Assembly: GCA_002269645.1 (NCBI GenBank)
Contig: NIVC01003029.1
Location: forward strand, 1-53,102
Reading direction: 5' to 3'
Length of the DNA: 53,102 bases
Source of the DNA: Macrostomum lignano
Lineage: Eukaryota
The translations under genes and the position numbers were made by a program. Positions 25,660 to 38,110 of this stretch are shown piece by piece. The notes under the pieces are model-generated. The model was not told where the DNA came from. It made no database searches and saw nothing but the letters and a program-made list of their open reading frames with translations. Within the stretch, counting starts at the first letter, position 1. Every line of letters starts with the position of its first letter.

Positions 25660-28220
25660 CCCTCTTGTCTCTCATCTTTTCTCTCATCTCTGAACTCTCG
25701 TCTCTTATCTTTTCTCTGTCATCTCAGCCCTCTCGTCTCTAATCTTTTCTCTCTCTCATCTCTGCCCACTCCTCTCTCATCTTTTGCCCTCTCCTCTCTC
25801 TCATCTATTCTCTCATGTCTGCCCTCTTCTCTCTTTTCTCTCTCATCTCTGCCCTCTCCTGTATCATCTTTCTCTCTCTTATCTCTGCCCTCTCCTCTCA
25901 TCTCTTGCCCTCTCTCTCTCATCTATTCTCTCTCTCATGTCTGCCCTCTTGTCTCATCTTTTCTCTCTCATGTCTGCCCTCTCCTCTCATCTTTTCTCTC
26001 TCTCATCTCTGCCCTCTCCTCTCTCCTCTCCCACCTCTCTCCTCTCCTCTCTCCTCTCCTCTCTCCTCACCTCTGCTCTCATCTTCCTTTTCCTCTTCAT
26101 TCTCTTCTCCCTTTCCTCCTTTCTCCTCTCCATTAATCTCCCTTCTCCTCTCTCTCCGCTCGTATTTAATCTCTCCTCTCATCAACTCTCTTCTCCTTTA
26201 TTCCTTCGCCTCTCCTTTATCCTATGCTTGTATTTCTCTTCTCTATTCCTTACCCTCTCTCCTCACCTCTGGCCCGCTCTGTCATCAGGACTCCTCGCTT
26301 CGCTTTGGGGGCCAACGAAGCGGACTAGAAGGGCAGTCATGAGCTGGGTTCTCAATCGAGGTAAAAAGTTTGCCAACCCCTGCACTAAAAGCACCTGGCT
26401 TAGTCACATTAGATAAAAACTACATGTATAGTGGAATGGGATTGAGAACAACGTGAACTAGCCTCTCTACTCTCAATCTCTCTACTCTCAGCCCCTATCT
26501 ACTCTCAAACTCTCTATTCTCAGCCTCTCCACTCTCAGCCTCTCTCTACTCTCAGCCTCTATCCACTCTCAACCTCTATCCCCAGCCCCTCTCTACTCTC
26601 AGCCCCTCTCTGTTCTCAGCCCCTCTCTGCTCTCAGCCTCTCTCTACTCTCAGCCTGTACTTTCATCTTCTCTCTCAGCTCAGCTTATATCTAGTTCTAA
26701 AATCTGAAGTCATACTGAAACAAAAACTTGTCTTTCGAAAACATGTATCGTCAAAATCTCTGGCCTGCTGTCTCTCTATGTCCCTCGGATCCTTTGAAAC
26801 TTCTATCTTCTCTTTTGTTTCCTCTCTCTCTCTTCTCTCTCTCTCTCTCTCTTCTCTTCTTTCCTATCTCCTCTCTCCCATCTCTCTCGTCGATCTTCCC
26901 TCACCTCTCTTCTCTTTCATCTTTGCTCTCTCTTCTCATTTATCTCTGGTCTCCACTCTCTCCCCTTAGGAAAGAAGGAAAGATAGGAAAGATAGATAGC
27001 CTATGTTTGAAAAAGTGCCCGACTTGTACCAGCTGAGGCCAGCTAGAAGGTAACGCGGGAGAGATATTGTTGTAGAATATCCAATCGAGAATATGCCCAC
27101 CCACCTTCTGGTGGATGGGGGGGCAGTGCGCTGTCTTTGCTAAGAGCCAAAAACTATTCTAAAAAAATCACTGGAAGGAGCGTGGAGGCCTTGGAGCCCC
27201 CATGTGTGAAGGCCGTGTCATGCCATTAAAGATTATAGGACTGAGGAAATTTATTTATTAGGAGTTAGTCTCCCGTTTGACCCCCGCTGAGTGGCAGAAT
27301 GGTAGTCAGCCGTGATTGCTTAATCCCCTCCCAATTAGCGTATTGAAAGTTTGCTCGTGTTGCCCCGTTGGATACCGCTTTTCGCTTATTTACGTGCGCT
27401 TTCCATTATATTCAAACTATGTTGTGACTCCGTGCTCATGTGGCGATGTTTAAATATTTAGGATTTGAGCTCGAACTTTGAGCTCAAATTTAAGCTCGTA
27501 CGGTATGTGTTTATTCCCTATAAGTCAATAATATCTTGGAAACTGGAAAAATTTCTATGGGTCTGCCCCGCAGGAGGTCCTGCCCCGCTGTTTAAAATTT
27601 TGTAGGAACAATAGAAGTCTGGGACTGTTGAAATTAGCACATTTCAGTTTGATTTCTCGTGTTTGTTCGCACCTCGTAGGTCAGTGCGAAATTCTCAATT
27701 CTCTCTCCTCTATCATCTCGACCCTCTCTCCTATTATTTATTTCCTGTCTTATCTCCTCTCTCTCATCTCTCATCTGTACTCTCCTCTTTTTTTCCCAAC
27801 TCTCCCAACTCTTCTCTTAACTTTCTCCCCTTTACTCTTTCACCTCCCCTCTCTACTCTCTCCTCCCTCTCATCTCTCCTGCTCTCCCATATCTCTTCTC
27901 CTTTCTACTTTCTCCCTTCTCCATTCTTCTATTTCCTCTCATCTCTTCATCTCTCCTCTTCATCCCTTCCCCTCTCTTCCTGTCCTCTCGATTCTCCCCC
28001 TTTATTCTCCTTTCTCCTTCACTCCACTTCTCTTCCATTGTCTCTCATGTCTGCTCTCACATATTTCTCTTCTCTCTCCACTCGTCTCTATAATCTCTTC
28101 CCTCTCCTCTCTTCTCTGTTCTAGCTCTACTGTCGCATTTCTCGTCTCTGCTTTCTCATCTCTCCTTTCTCCTCTTTCATCTCTCTTATGAGAGATAGAG
28201 ATATCCTCTTCTCTCTTCTG
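25660..28220. repeat. Three CT-rich low-complexity tracts (about 25660-26275, 26460-26965, 27690-28220) inside the MULE
   Basis: Pyrimidine-dominated degenerate ctct/tcatct repeats, which yield the Leu/Ser-rich artefact ORFs. Confidence 0.9.
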
Positions 28221-29327
28221 TTTGTATCAGACTTGTATCTGTACATGTATTTAGAGGTTCGGCTTATTTTGACGAGATTTCAGAATTGTCAGACTTTGAT
28301 TGAAGCCTTGTGTCTCTTGGGTATCAGTACTTGCTGAAAAATACATGCATCTCATATCTGTGCAAATTTGCCGCAGTGCATAAAGAGTACAAATGATATT
28401 TACATAAATAAATCTGAGGCTTCATGCTAAGTGCTGCATGCAAAGTCACTATATTGAGTTATTTATTTACGAGCCAAATTGTTATCATGGTTACCAACCA
28501 TAACAGTTGGCTAAAAATGTTAAAACTGAAAAAAGATTGCAACGAAAAATAACGATATGGCTGATTTTGAGGTGAGCTGTTTTATATAGATAGATTTTTA
28601 TCTCCACGCAAGCCAGTCAGTTATTTAGACTGTATTTATATGATTTCAAATTGTATCGTATCAGTATAGGCCAAGATTGAAAAAAAAAGTTGCTCTAGGG
28701 TTGGCTTGAGTGTAACGATCCGTGAGGCATCACCACCACTAGGGGAGCAGTGTGAGGACTGTTTGACCATAAATATTAACTCTTTGCTCATTCAAGCTTG
28801 AATTGACAGCAACCCCGCCTACCTTTTGTATTCAACTTAAACAACAGAATACGGCTCGTATGTAAACTCAATACAAGTGGAAATAAAAAAACTGCATCAG
28901 TTGCCACCCATTCACAATAGTTCATATTATTTCTAGATACCAACAGATTGACAGCAGTTTGTAGCAATGAATAAATTGTTTTTCTATGAAATATTTCATC
29001 AGGCCTGTTCTCCGAACGTGGGTGCAAAAGGTATCTCATATCTGCATTTTAATAGCTCGTATACGTAGCTCATATAATATCATGCATAATGATTGGGATG
29101 ATGATGAATTACGGAGGCAGAAGTGCACTGAGTCACACATACATGCAGTGACTAGCCCAAGTAAAGGCTGCTTGCTCTGTAAGTGCGACACAATGAACCC
29201 CCCCATCCCAAATTTGAGCGTAAAACAAAGTGTAATATCTGGCAAGAAATGTGCACGGTGATTCTTAAATATGCTCCAGGGCTATATTGGGTGCAGCAAC
29301 TAGGTAAGTGCGGATTTTTTGGCTTTT

Positions 29328-30102
29328 TTAACTCGTTATGATCTGAAATGGCAATAAGGTACGTGTGGCATGGATAGATGACAACATGCCCTTTGCTCCC
29401 TCCTTTATGTCCTTTGCTGCCTTTCTCTTCTGAGCTGGCCGATCAACTGGATCGCACGTGTGCGGAGCAAGGGCTTCTATGGTTCCATCAGCACGGCGGA
29501 CTGCGGAGCCATGACAGTGCAGTGATAAACGCTTAGTGCAGCGATAGTACGTGTTGCCATTTCGCCGCGTTTTTTTCATCCATCAGATGGCCAAGGTCTC
29601 GTTGGACATACTACACTAGAAGGTCTTTTCCGTGACTGCATCCTGCACCTGTAAGAATCTCAAAGGGCTGGGGAGGTGGGCTGCGGGGCGGTGCAAGCTC
29701 TGCTGGAGGAATTTGAATGGATTCTTCCAGAGCTGGATCAGGGTCATTGAAATCTGGATACTGGTAAAGAAAATTTTCTGCTTGTGCCAGAATCAGATGC
29801 ACTGGTTCTGGATTTTCAGCAGGCAGAGGAACAGCCGCTGGTCCAGAATTCGGGGCTTGTACATGTACCACTGCAGCATCTGCAGCTTGAGACACTGCTA
29901 AGTTACCTGCAGGAGCCCGTCTATTGCATTGATTGCAAAGCCAGAAAAACTCACCGACATTTCTCATTGCAGAATACTGATCGATTGTGACGCGACTATC
30001 GCATGCACGGTGCTGCCAATTCAAGCATTGAGAACACTCAATTGCTTCTTGTCCATCGCAAACTGGCTGCAGACAGACTACACATGGATATGCGCCTGCC
30101 AT
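29328..30102 (-). pseudogene. PHD finger + FLYWCH zinc finger N-terminus of a MULE transposase, disrupted
   Basis: C4HC3 PHD pattern CVVC..CSQC..WQHRAC..WLCNQC. After a stop and frameshift near 29580-29613: YYRCTKR..HCHGSA..HTC (FLYWCH-like). No DDE domain recognised downstream. Confidence 0.8.
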
Positions 30103-31769
30103 TTTGTATCTAAGTGCTTAGACTGCTTCAGTGAATGAGACAGATGAATTTTGAACAGGGCATGAAATTTACCCAGTTTTTATCCCTTTAAACAAGTAAA
30201 TTAGTCTCGACCAATAAGAGAAATGGAAAAAAGCTACACCAGATTTTATATGAAGAAGAGATTTGTTTAATGCGAAATATGTTTACACCTCTTAGGGCCC
30301 TACTATATAAGTAGGAAATTAGGACTTGTAACCATTTTTGTCTTTAGCCCTGCAATATGCTAATAAAATCTTGACTGCCTGTCTAAACCCCCCCCCCCAT
30401 TGCAACCCCACATCTCCCCACCCGAAGCTATCCAATAGTAAACCAGCTGTCATTTTCCGTGACCCCCACCTCAGCTGTGGCCATCTTGGTGTGTGGCCAT
30501 CTTGGTCTTACACCCTAAATTGTCCCGCATAGACATTTTTTTGCATTTGAAGTTTTTTTAAGATAGGCCGAATGACTATAGAAAAATTAGCATTTTTTAT
30601 TATTTTTTGCAAGAGAACAAAACTTTCTTTAAATTTTTTACTTTTGTTTTCTTTTTTCTTGTTTTATTATCCAAAATGGCATACAAACAAGAGGAAACAA
30701 TGGTCTCTTTGCTAGATCTTTCCACAACCCTAATAATGGTGCCAATGGTTTAGATAAATGGCAAGAATAAATACCTTGCCATCTAATTAGTATTAATTAG
30801 ATGGGCATTTTTGCAACTATAGAAAATAAAAGCCTAAAAACTAAAGAATATTTAATTGGAGTTAAATTGAAGCAGTAAGTGGGTGCAGGGCCCAAATTGA
30901 TATATTTATACTAGACAAACTTTGGGGGTTAAGCCCATAATAATGAGAGGGGTGGAGTGTGCAACTGAAGAGAAAGGCGAGAATGGATAGCCAATCAGAA
31001 GGCGGCAAGGGAAAGAGATAGGAATAATAAGATTGAGCTAGACAGAGAAAGAAAGCAGAATAAATAGAGACAAATGAAGGTGAACTAAGAAATGACTAGG
31101 AAAGTTGCGACAACAACTTAACAGTAGGAATACCAAGCCATTTTTCTGCCCATCAAACTGCCAAGAAGGGGGGGGGAGAAATCCCCCCCCCTGACAATTT
31201 TTTTTGTCAGAAAAATTTGCATCAGGGTGTCCATAGTCACTTGGTGTCATCTGTTGAAGGAGCTGATAGTGTCGGGATGATGATAGAATGCTTGAGAGAC
31301 TAGTTAAGGATGTCTAGCAGTTAAGGCTTGCCCACTGTCAAGGCTTGATTGGTGAAACTCGAGAAATTTACATCAAGGTGTTCATAGTCACCTGGTACCA
31401 CCTGTTGAAGGTCTAGAAGCTCCGTCTCGGTGAAGGCCAGTAGCCAACAAAGTCAGAACTAATGCAGACACATGTGTTCGACATGCTGATGAATTTTAGA
31501 GGCTTGGCAAGGCTGCACTGAGGTGCAGTGCTAATTGGTACATAGGGGTGTACTGAATACACTGGTGCTTATAGGAAAGATCTGACCTTTCAGCAGAATT
31601 GTCAAATATCTTGATGGTCCAAAGGGCTGGTGACTGGATTCTTGTTTGAGAAAGTGCACAACAAAAAGTTAGCCTGTGTTCTTGAATTTTGTGTGCCTGC
31701 GTTGCTCCGTTCCGGTGCAGCAAAAAAATTGTTAAGGGGTAGGGAAATTTTCCCCCCTCTTGGTAGTTC

Positions 31770-33245
31770 TACTGTTAATCTGAGCTTCTTCAGAGACAAG
31801 ATGTAATGCTCTGCATTGACAGTTGTGTTTGGCTCTAGAAAGTTGATAGTCAGAAGGCCATGGCAATCAAAAAAGCAGCAGCATCAGCTTTTGGCAATGA
31901 GCTTCTCGATAAGCCTTGATTGGAGGGTTGGAACCCCTTATTGCCCAGACCTTTGACTCTTCTTTTGTTGGGGGGTCAAAGTGAGGCAGCCAGGTTTCAT
32001 CACCTGTGACAATGAGCTGTCGAAAGGCCTCCTACCTGCCTCGCTCTTTGACAAACCTTAGATTGCTCTTGCACATGTTCTATTGCTGTACTTTCATCTC
32101 CAGGGTGAGAAGCCTCGGAACCCACCTGGCACTGAGCTTGATGAGATCTATGCTGCAGATGCAATGATGAACTATGGACTTTGGCATATCTAGTCTGTTA
32201 ACAATTTCCCTGATGGTAAGGCAAGCATTGTCTTCAAACAGATCCAAAATTCGATTGCTCAAAGTTTGCTCAAAGTTTGCCCTAATGGTAAGGCAAGCAT
32301 CATCTTCAAACAGATCCAAAATTCGATTGCTCAAAGTTTACTCAAAGTTTCGTCACCTGTGACAATGAGCTGTCAAAAGGCCTCCTACCTGCCTCGCTCT
32401 TTGACAAACCTGAGATTGCTCTTGCACATGTTCTGTTGCTGTGCTTTCATCTCCAGGGTGAGAAGCCTCGGAACCCACTTGGCACTGAGCTTGATGAGAT
32501 CTATGCTGCAGATGCAATAATGAACTATGGACTTTGGCATATCTAGTCTGTTAACAATTTCCTTGATGGTAAGGCAAGCATCGTCTTCAAACAGATCCAA
32601 AATTCGATTGCTCAAAGTCTTGGATATGGACATCCTTGGCTGACCACATTTTGGCCATGCCGTCACATTGGTTCAACCAGCCTCAAACTCTTCAATCCAC
32701 CAGTAAATCATGCTCTTGATCACTGTGTGCTATTTATGGATATACTGCAGTTTACTTAAAATCTCCAATCCATTGTGTCCAAGGCTCCATAGAGTAAAAA
32801 TGGCATAGTACTACCCCTTTTTTGAGTGGATGTCCAACATGTTGGCACAAACTTTGTTGCTTCAGAAGTGCAAGTTGACAAGATGTCTGGCTTAGCTGTG
32901 CCATCCATGTAAAGCTTAGTATCAGCTGGCTTTAATGATGCTGCATATGTTCATAGTTTTGGTGTTCAGCCCATAGACATGCGTTACTATATCTGTAGGC
33001 ATCATTGCGTAAACATGGTGCATCAAAAGTAAAAAGTGAAGCTGTGCAAAGACAAAAACATTTTCTGTAAGTTATTCCATGGGGACTGCACTAAATTGCC
33101 CATAACTTTTGAATGCCAATAGATATTAACATTATTCAAAATGTATTGCAAAGATAGATAAAGCCATTTTGTCAATGTCATTTATGTATCTGACTCTAGC
33201 TATGAACTATGTTGAAAAGTCCCACTACTTTTTGGACACCCCTCG
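31770..33245 (-). mobile_element. Decayed mariner transposon, 3'-truncated, with an internal tandem duplication
   Basis: Terminus TA|CGAGGGGTGTCCAAAAAGT (reverse complement of 33227-33247). From ATG 32840: HTH region with stops, KLSARWVPRLLT (WVPHEL motif), GDETW, TVNAEHY. About 270 bp duplicated (31995-32266 and 32348-32619). Confidence 0.9.
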
Positions 33246-33597
33246 TAAATCAGTTTTTTGGTCAAAAGGATCATAGTCCTAATGTAAATTTCCCATAAAG
33301 AAACCCAAAATATTTCTTTAATAAAAAATAGAATAACTTTTTTATTCATCAACCAAATTTAACAAATGAGGCCATTTTAGACTTCTGTCACTTAGATCTA
33401 TCTAGCTAAAAAATAAAAATTATAGAAATATAAAATTTCAAGATCTCACTGGAGTCCCTAGATATAGCATTCTTGTTTTCATATAAAATATTATACAAAT
33501 TACATGAATAATTGCAAACTAATTGGACTTAGGAATGAAAGGAAATATATTGAAATCTAGGCTAAAGTCTTAGATTGTAGATAAAACAGGTGCCTAA

Positions 33598-33774
33598 TAC
33601 TTCCCACTATTTAGTAGGCTTGCTTTAGCATGCCTAGCTCTACCACCCAGTAACAGTGATAGTAAACAAGCATTCTTAGACTTGGTAAACATCCTGACAA
33701 ATAAGCGCAATTGCCTGTCAGGTGATATGATCAGAGCAGCCTTGCAAGTAAAGTACAACATCAAATCAGCAATA
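33598..33774 (+). pseudogene. hAT transposase C-terminal dimerization domain relic
   Basis: YFPLFSRLALACLALPPSNSDSKQAFLDLVNILTNKRNCL resembles the hATC consensus P.L..LA...L..P.SN...ER.FS....I.T..RNRL. Confidence 0.75.
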
Positions 33775-35049
33775 AAGCTTAAGCTATGGCTTCAATTTTA
33801 GCAAATCACTTATTGTTGTTGCATGAACTGCATCCCAACATTATAGTCAAAGAGAATGCAAATGGCATGCTTTAGAAGCAGAGGCAAATATTCAGAAGAG
33901 GTGAGAATTAGAGGAGGCCTAGCATCAATGCCTACAAGCAGAGAAATGGAAGGCCGAAGAGCAGCAGCAGAAGAAAAAGAACTGAGTAAGCAAGAGGCTG
34001 CTGCCACTGCTATGCTGCAGGCATATCAAGAAGCAACAAAAAGCATTCAACAGCTGCGCAAGGGTCTTGCTGCCAGTGCTAAGAAGCAAAAGTAACTTTG
34101 TGTAACTTTGTAAACATGTGAGACTGTCACACTAGACACCATCCCAGACAGCTACCCATCCTTTCCTGCCTAGATTTAGGCAAGGCCATTTAATATTCAA
34201 GCAATTTAATTTATAAGTTTCATTTCATATTTTTATTTCTATTTTAAAGTTTTATATTCTTCTCATAATTGTAGGTTTCTTGTCTATCCTTGTTGAAATT
34301 TTCAATCTTCCACAAAATCTTGTAATAAAATCTGCCATTGTACTTTTTAAAATGCTCAATTAGGCTTAAATTCAATAAGGCTATTTAGTCAATATTGTAA
34401 TTGTATGTACTTAACTCTTTCTTAGGCTAGACTAAAATAGTCTGAAGTTCAAAAACCTTAAATGTATTTGTATCCATCATTAAAATATAATTTATATGAA
34501 ATATAATCCTACCAAAATTCTAAAAATAGGTTAGTTGCAAGTGCTATGCCACAAGTTTTTAACACATTATCTCAAATGAATTAGAACTTTTTAAGGAAAA
34601 AATCAGGAAATATTCAGGCAAAGACTGCCAAATAGATTGCTAAGCTAATAAAAAAGCCCCAAAACATCCATTTTTAAAGCAAGAAATTTTGGAATAAATT
34701 TTTTCTTGCAGAGGAAACTTTACAATCAATACCAAATGGCAACACTGTCCCCAAATCATTTCTCCTTAGTGAAAAGAGAGACAAGCAAAATAGCTACATT
34801 ACAGAAAAAGGACAAAACATCACATAGACACCTCAACAAATAATGCATTGGAACCCCTGAACTTCAATTCTGTTAGCACAGTTACTGCAAATCAGATGAC
34901 CACAGGGGCAAATCAGCTTTATAGAAGCAGCAGTAGCAAGACACTCTAGACAAATAGGGCAGCTATGACTAGTCTATAGAGCAGTGCCATTATTGCCGTC
35001 TCCAATGCCTTGCAGGTTGCAGCTAGGTTCTGGTCAATTAGGGCCTGGC

Positions 35050-36582
35050 ATATCGGCAACAGAGCCAGAACTGCTGCTGCTAGGGCCTGGCTGGTCACCC
35101 TCAAGCTGGTGGTCACCATCTAGCTAGTCACCATCCAACTGATCACTATCAAACTAGTGATCAATTTCCGGCTGATTATCATCAGGGATTGCCACTTGAG
35201 CCAGTCTATGCAACACATTGATGGGGATGATTTGCTTACTCCTTAGCAGTTTGTTCACCCAACATATTCCAATATTCTTTATGACAGATGGCACCTTTTG
35301 CATTCGACAGATCACCTGGCCAAGCAGCAGCCTTGACACGTTGGCAAAGTAGGTTGAGCACATGCTATGAGTGGGCAATAGGTATAGGTTGACAATGAAG
35401 CCTAGAGGTTGGGATGTGCACTCTTAACAAATGTCCTCCAGCAGTTATGGTACAATTCCTGCTTGCTATTTGTCCTTTCATTGCAATTGTACACAGATTA
35501 CATCTATGCCTATCTTCTATAGCTAGAATATCTAGACATACTTGTGAGTACAGTTCAGCTGCTGTAGCTTCTGTGCCAAAATGGAGGTGTTGAAGATACA
35601 TTATTTGGGTGCAAAATTGCGTGGACTGGAGCAATCATTGCTGCTAGCAGCAGAGGAAGACATGTTAGAAGCCAAGAGTAGTTTGGGATTTCAGCATGGT
35701 GAGAAACATCTGACCAGAGACCCAGTTTCTTCAGCTTAGCCAATAACCAGGATAGCCTTAGCAACTTGGAACTAGTAGCCATGGATGCTAGCTTCCTGAT
35801 GAAACTCTAAGGAGGTCTTGTAAATAGCTAATTCCAAATCAGCCATTAGGCTGGCAGGCTAGAAGCATAATCAGATGTTGTTGAGCTTTGTCCACACCAT
35901 ATAATAGGTATCTTTCAATTTCCCTATTAATTGTGCAAAAAATGGAAAGAAGTAGCTACATTTGGTGATGCCAATGGTAAAAAGTTGATAAAAAAGCCTT
36001 GGTGTCACATAAAAAGTTCCATTAGCAAAAACTTAGTCAGCACTTTCCAGTTTATGTAGCAGGATAAGATTGGCAAAAAAGATTGCTACCTGTCCATTGG
36101 CTTGCATGCTGCCTTGGTACACCTTGCTAGGTACACTGTCAGCGTCATAGTATTGCAAAGTGTTGTCACCATTCAGCATCTGGTTAGCAACTTTAATAGA
36201 ATTAGAAATTCTGGGCTGAATGGTGCATCTAGCATAGTGTGTTCTGCTCAACCTGTGGGAAAGCCATAGTATCTCGTGCTGGATCCCTGCTTAATACAAG
36301 GTCAAACACAGTTCAAAGATGCTTGGATGGCTGATTCACAATAGCCTTACTGAGCTCTTACTTCAATGTGAGGACTCAAAGCTGTTCTTCACTCTGAGGA
36401 GCATGGTTGTAGATAATATTAGTGCTCAGAATGTTGCCATTAAGCACTACATTGGCATTGCAAGTCATAGTGCAACATTTGAAGTATTCTTTGCCATTGT
36501 ACTTATGGTTGCCTATAAACAGATGCCACTTATAAAGGAGTAATCTAGAGCCTCATTGGCTTTCAACAAATTGGAAGGCCAT
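35050..36582 (-). pseudogene. Near full-length MULE transposase relic (FLYWCH + DDE), heavily mutated
   Basis: Manual translation: SQ*GSRLLLY..HLF..YFKC..C..YNHAP (FLYWCH); VFANGTF.V.P.LFYQL (DGTF motif); LMADLELAI; IHGY*FQ (GC.FH motif); KLGL; M*SVY...RTNSKQE.YHN; HPNL*. Many stops and several frameshifts. Confidence 0.8.
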
Positions 36583-37054
36583 TGTCAATGCAAATCAAGA
36601 TGTCTATGGCTATACATATGGCAAGGTGATCTACAAAACAGTGGGGAGAGTGGGAGCAAATTAGGATTTAAACAAATTTAGACAAAATTGGAAATGACAG
36701 GACAAAATTTGATCTACAAGTAATAGTATCCTGCCTACTAGCATGACATTTTATTTTTTTAAGTTTTTCTGAAAAATTGAACTAATTACCAAAAATGTTA
36801 AAAGACAGAAAATACTGGAAAGCTTTTATTACTAAGCTATAGTACTTGATGACTGCTACAAGGTGAAAAAAGATTTCTTTTTAGAATTAGGCTACTTGTT
36901 TCATTTCTAATAAGTAAAGAGTACTTGATAATTTGCAAAAAACAATTACAATTGCCAATGGGGTATTTGAAAAAAATGGACATAAGATAATTTTTTTACC
37001 TTTATCATACCTGTGTTTGCAAAATGTATAAATTAAATATAAAAGCATGCTTGG

Positions 37055-37212
37055 GCGCAACCTAGGGATTCACTCGGCCGTTTCTATCGGCAACACACAC
37101 ACACGTAAGTCGCTATTGGACAGAATAGTAGTCACGTGACTGCTCTCAGCCAATAGCGACTTACATGTGTGTGTTGCCAATAGAAACGGCCGAGTGATTC
37201 CCAAGGTTGCGC
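37055..37212. mobile_element. 158-bp foldback (palindromic MITE-like) element
   Basis: Arms gcgcaacctagggattcactcggccgtttctatcggcaacac... and ...gtgttgccaatagaaacggccgagtgattcccaaggttgcgc pair almost end to end around gtcac|gtgac. No TSD recognised. Confidence 0.85.
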
Positions 37213-37842
37213 ATGTATGTATAAAAGGTCAAATAAGCTAAAAATAGGATTCTACCAATGTATAATTAATTAAAGAGAATTGAATTCTATATCAAATTGG
37301 CTCAAGAATTGCAAATTGTTGCTAATAAAATAATTTATAACTAGGAATGAATGAAGTAATAGAAAAAGTTTTGTCTTTAGGGCACACTAAGACTATTCAT
37401 TCATTTTAGGCATAATCACTTTTAGCCCAAAAACACTATTTTCAGATGCCATATTTTTTATTTGACATCCTGGCATCAAAAAAAACAATTTCATAGGACA
37501 TTCTGGGTCTAAAAACTAGATATCAAAACCTTTTTAGGGTTTGATGCATCTATTATTGGTATCAAATTTTGGACCCTAGATGCCATAAAGTATCTGACTT
37601 CTAAGAAACTCAGCACTAGGACATACTTTAGTCAAGCCAGGTCTAATATATAAGTAATAATAAGAAACTATTAGTCTAAGTAAAAAACTATCCAATTCTC
37701 AAATTCAAGTTAATCTAACACTAATAGCCAATACCTAACCACAAACATAGCCAAAACACAACATAAACTTCAATTCATAAAATTATATAATATACAAAAA
37801 CTAAATGTGTCATAGAAATTAAATGGAGCTGCATAGTGAAAC

Positions 37843-38110
37843 TTGGATTCTATTCCTAATATAGCTTATTTGGGCTTATGCACATTGAATTTAATCCAAG
37901 ATACATTTGCCAATGTAACAGAACTTTTGTCTATGGTAGCAAGGCTGGCGCAGTGGCATTTGATTTGGTCCAACAAGCATCAATTTGGTCCAAATGCTTG
38001 TGAGCCAATGGCAAACTCTTGCCTTCTTGCAACTGCCTAAAGGTTGTTGCGCACCGCTGGAGTATTTAGCATCTGTATTCCCGCCTGGCAAATTTTGGCC
38101 TTGTCCTCTG
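37843..38110 (+). pseudogene. Possible second hAT transposase fragment
   Basis: LGLCTLNLIQDTF resembles the hAT CxxH region, and LKVVAHRWS (shifted frame) resembles the TRW motif. Weak similarity. Confidence 0.35.

Larger units (their letters stand above)
25270..30514 (-). mobile_element. Mutator-like (MULE) element, ~5.2 kb, with TIRs and TSD
   Basis: 42-bp TIRs matching at 39/42 (25270-25311 and 30473-30514). 8-9 bp TSD (c)ctaaattg at 25261-25269 and 30514-30522. Carries a PHD+FLYWCH coding relic. Confidence 0.85.

Noticed and set aside
33856-34095. 79-aa coiled-coil-like ORF
   Set aside because: Lies directly after the hAT relic in the decayed block; probably transposase C-terminal remnant, with no independent gene evidence.
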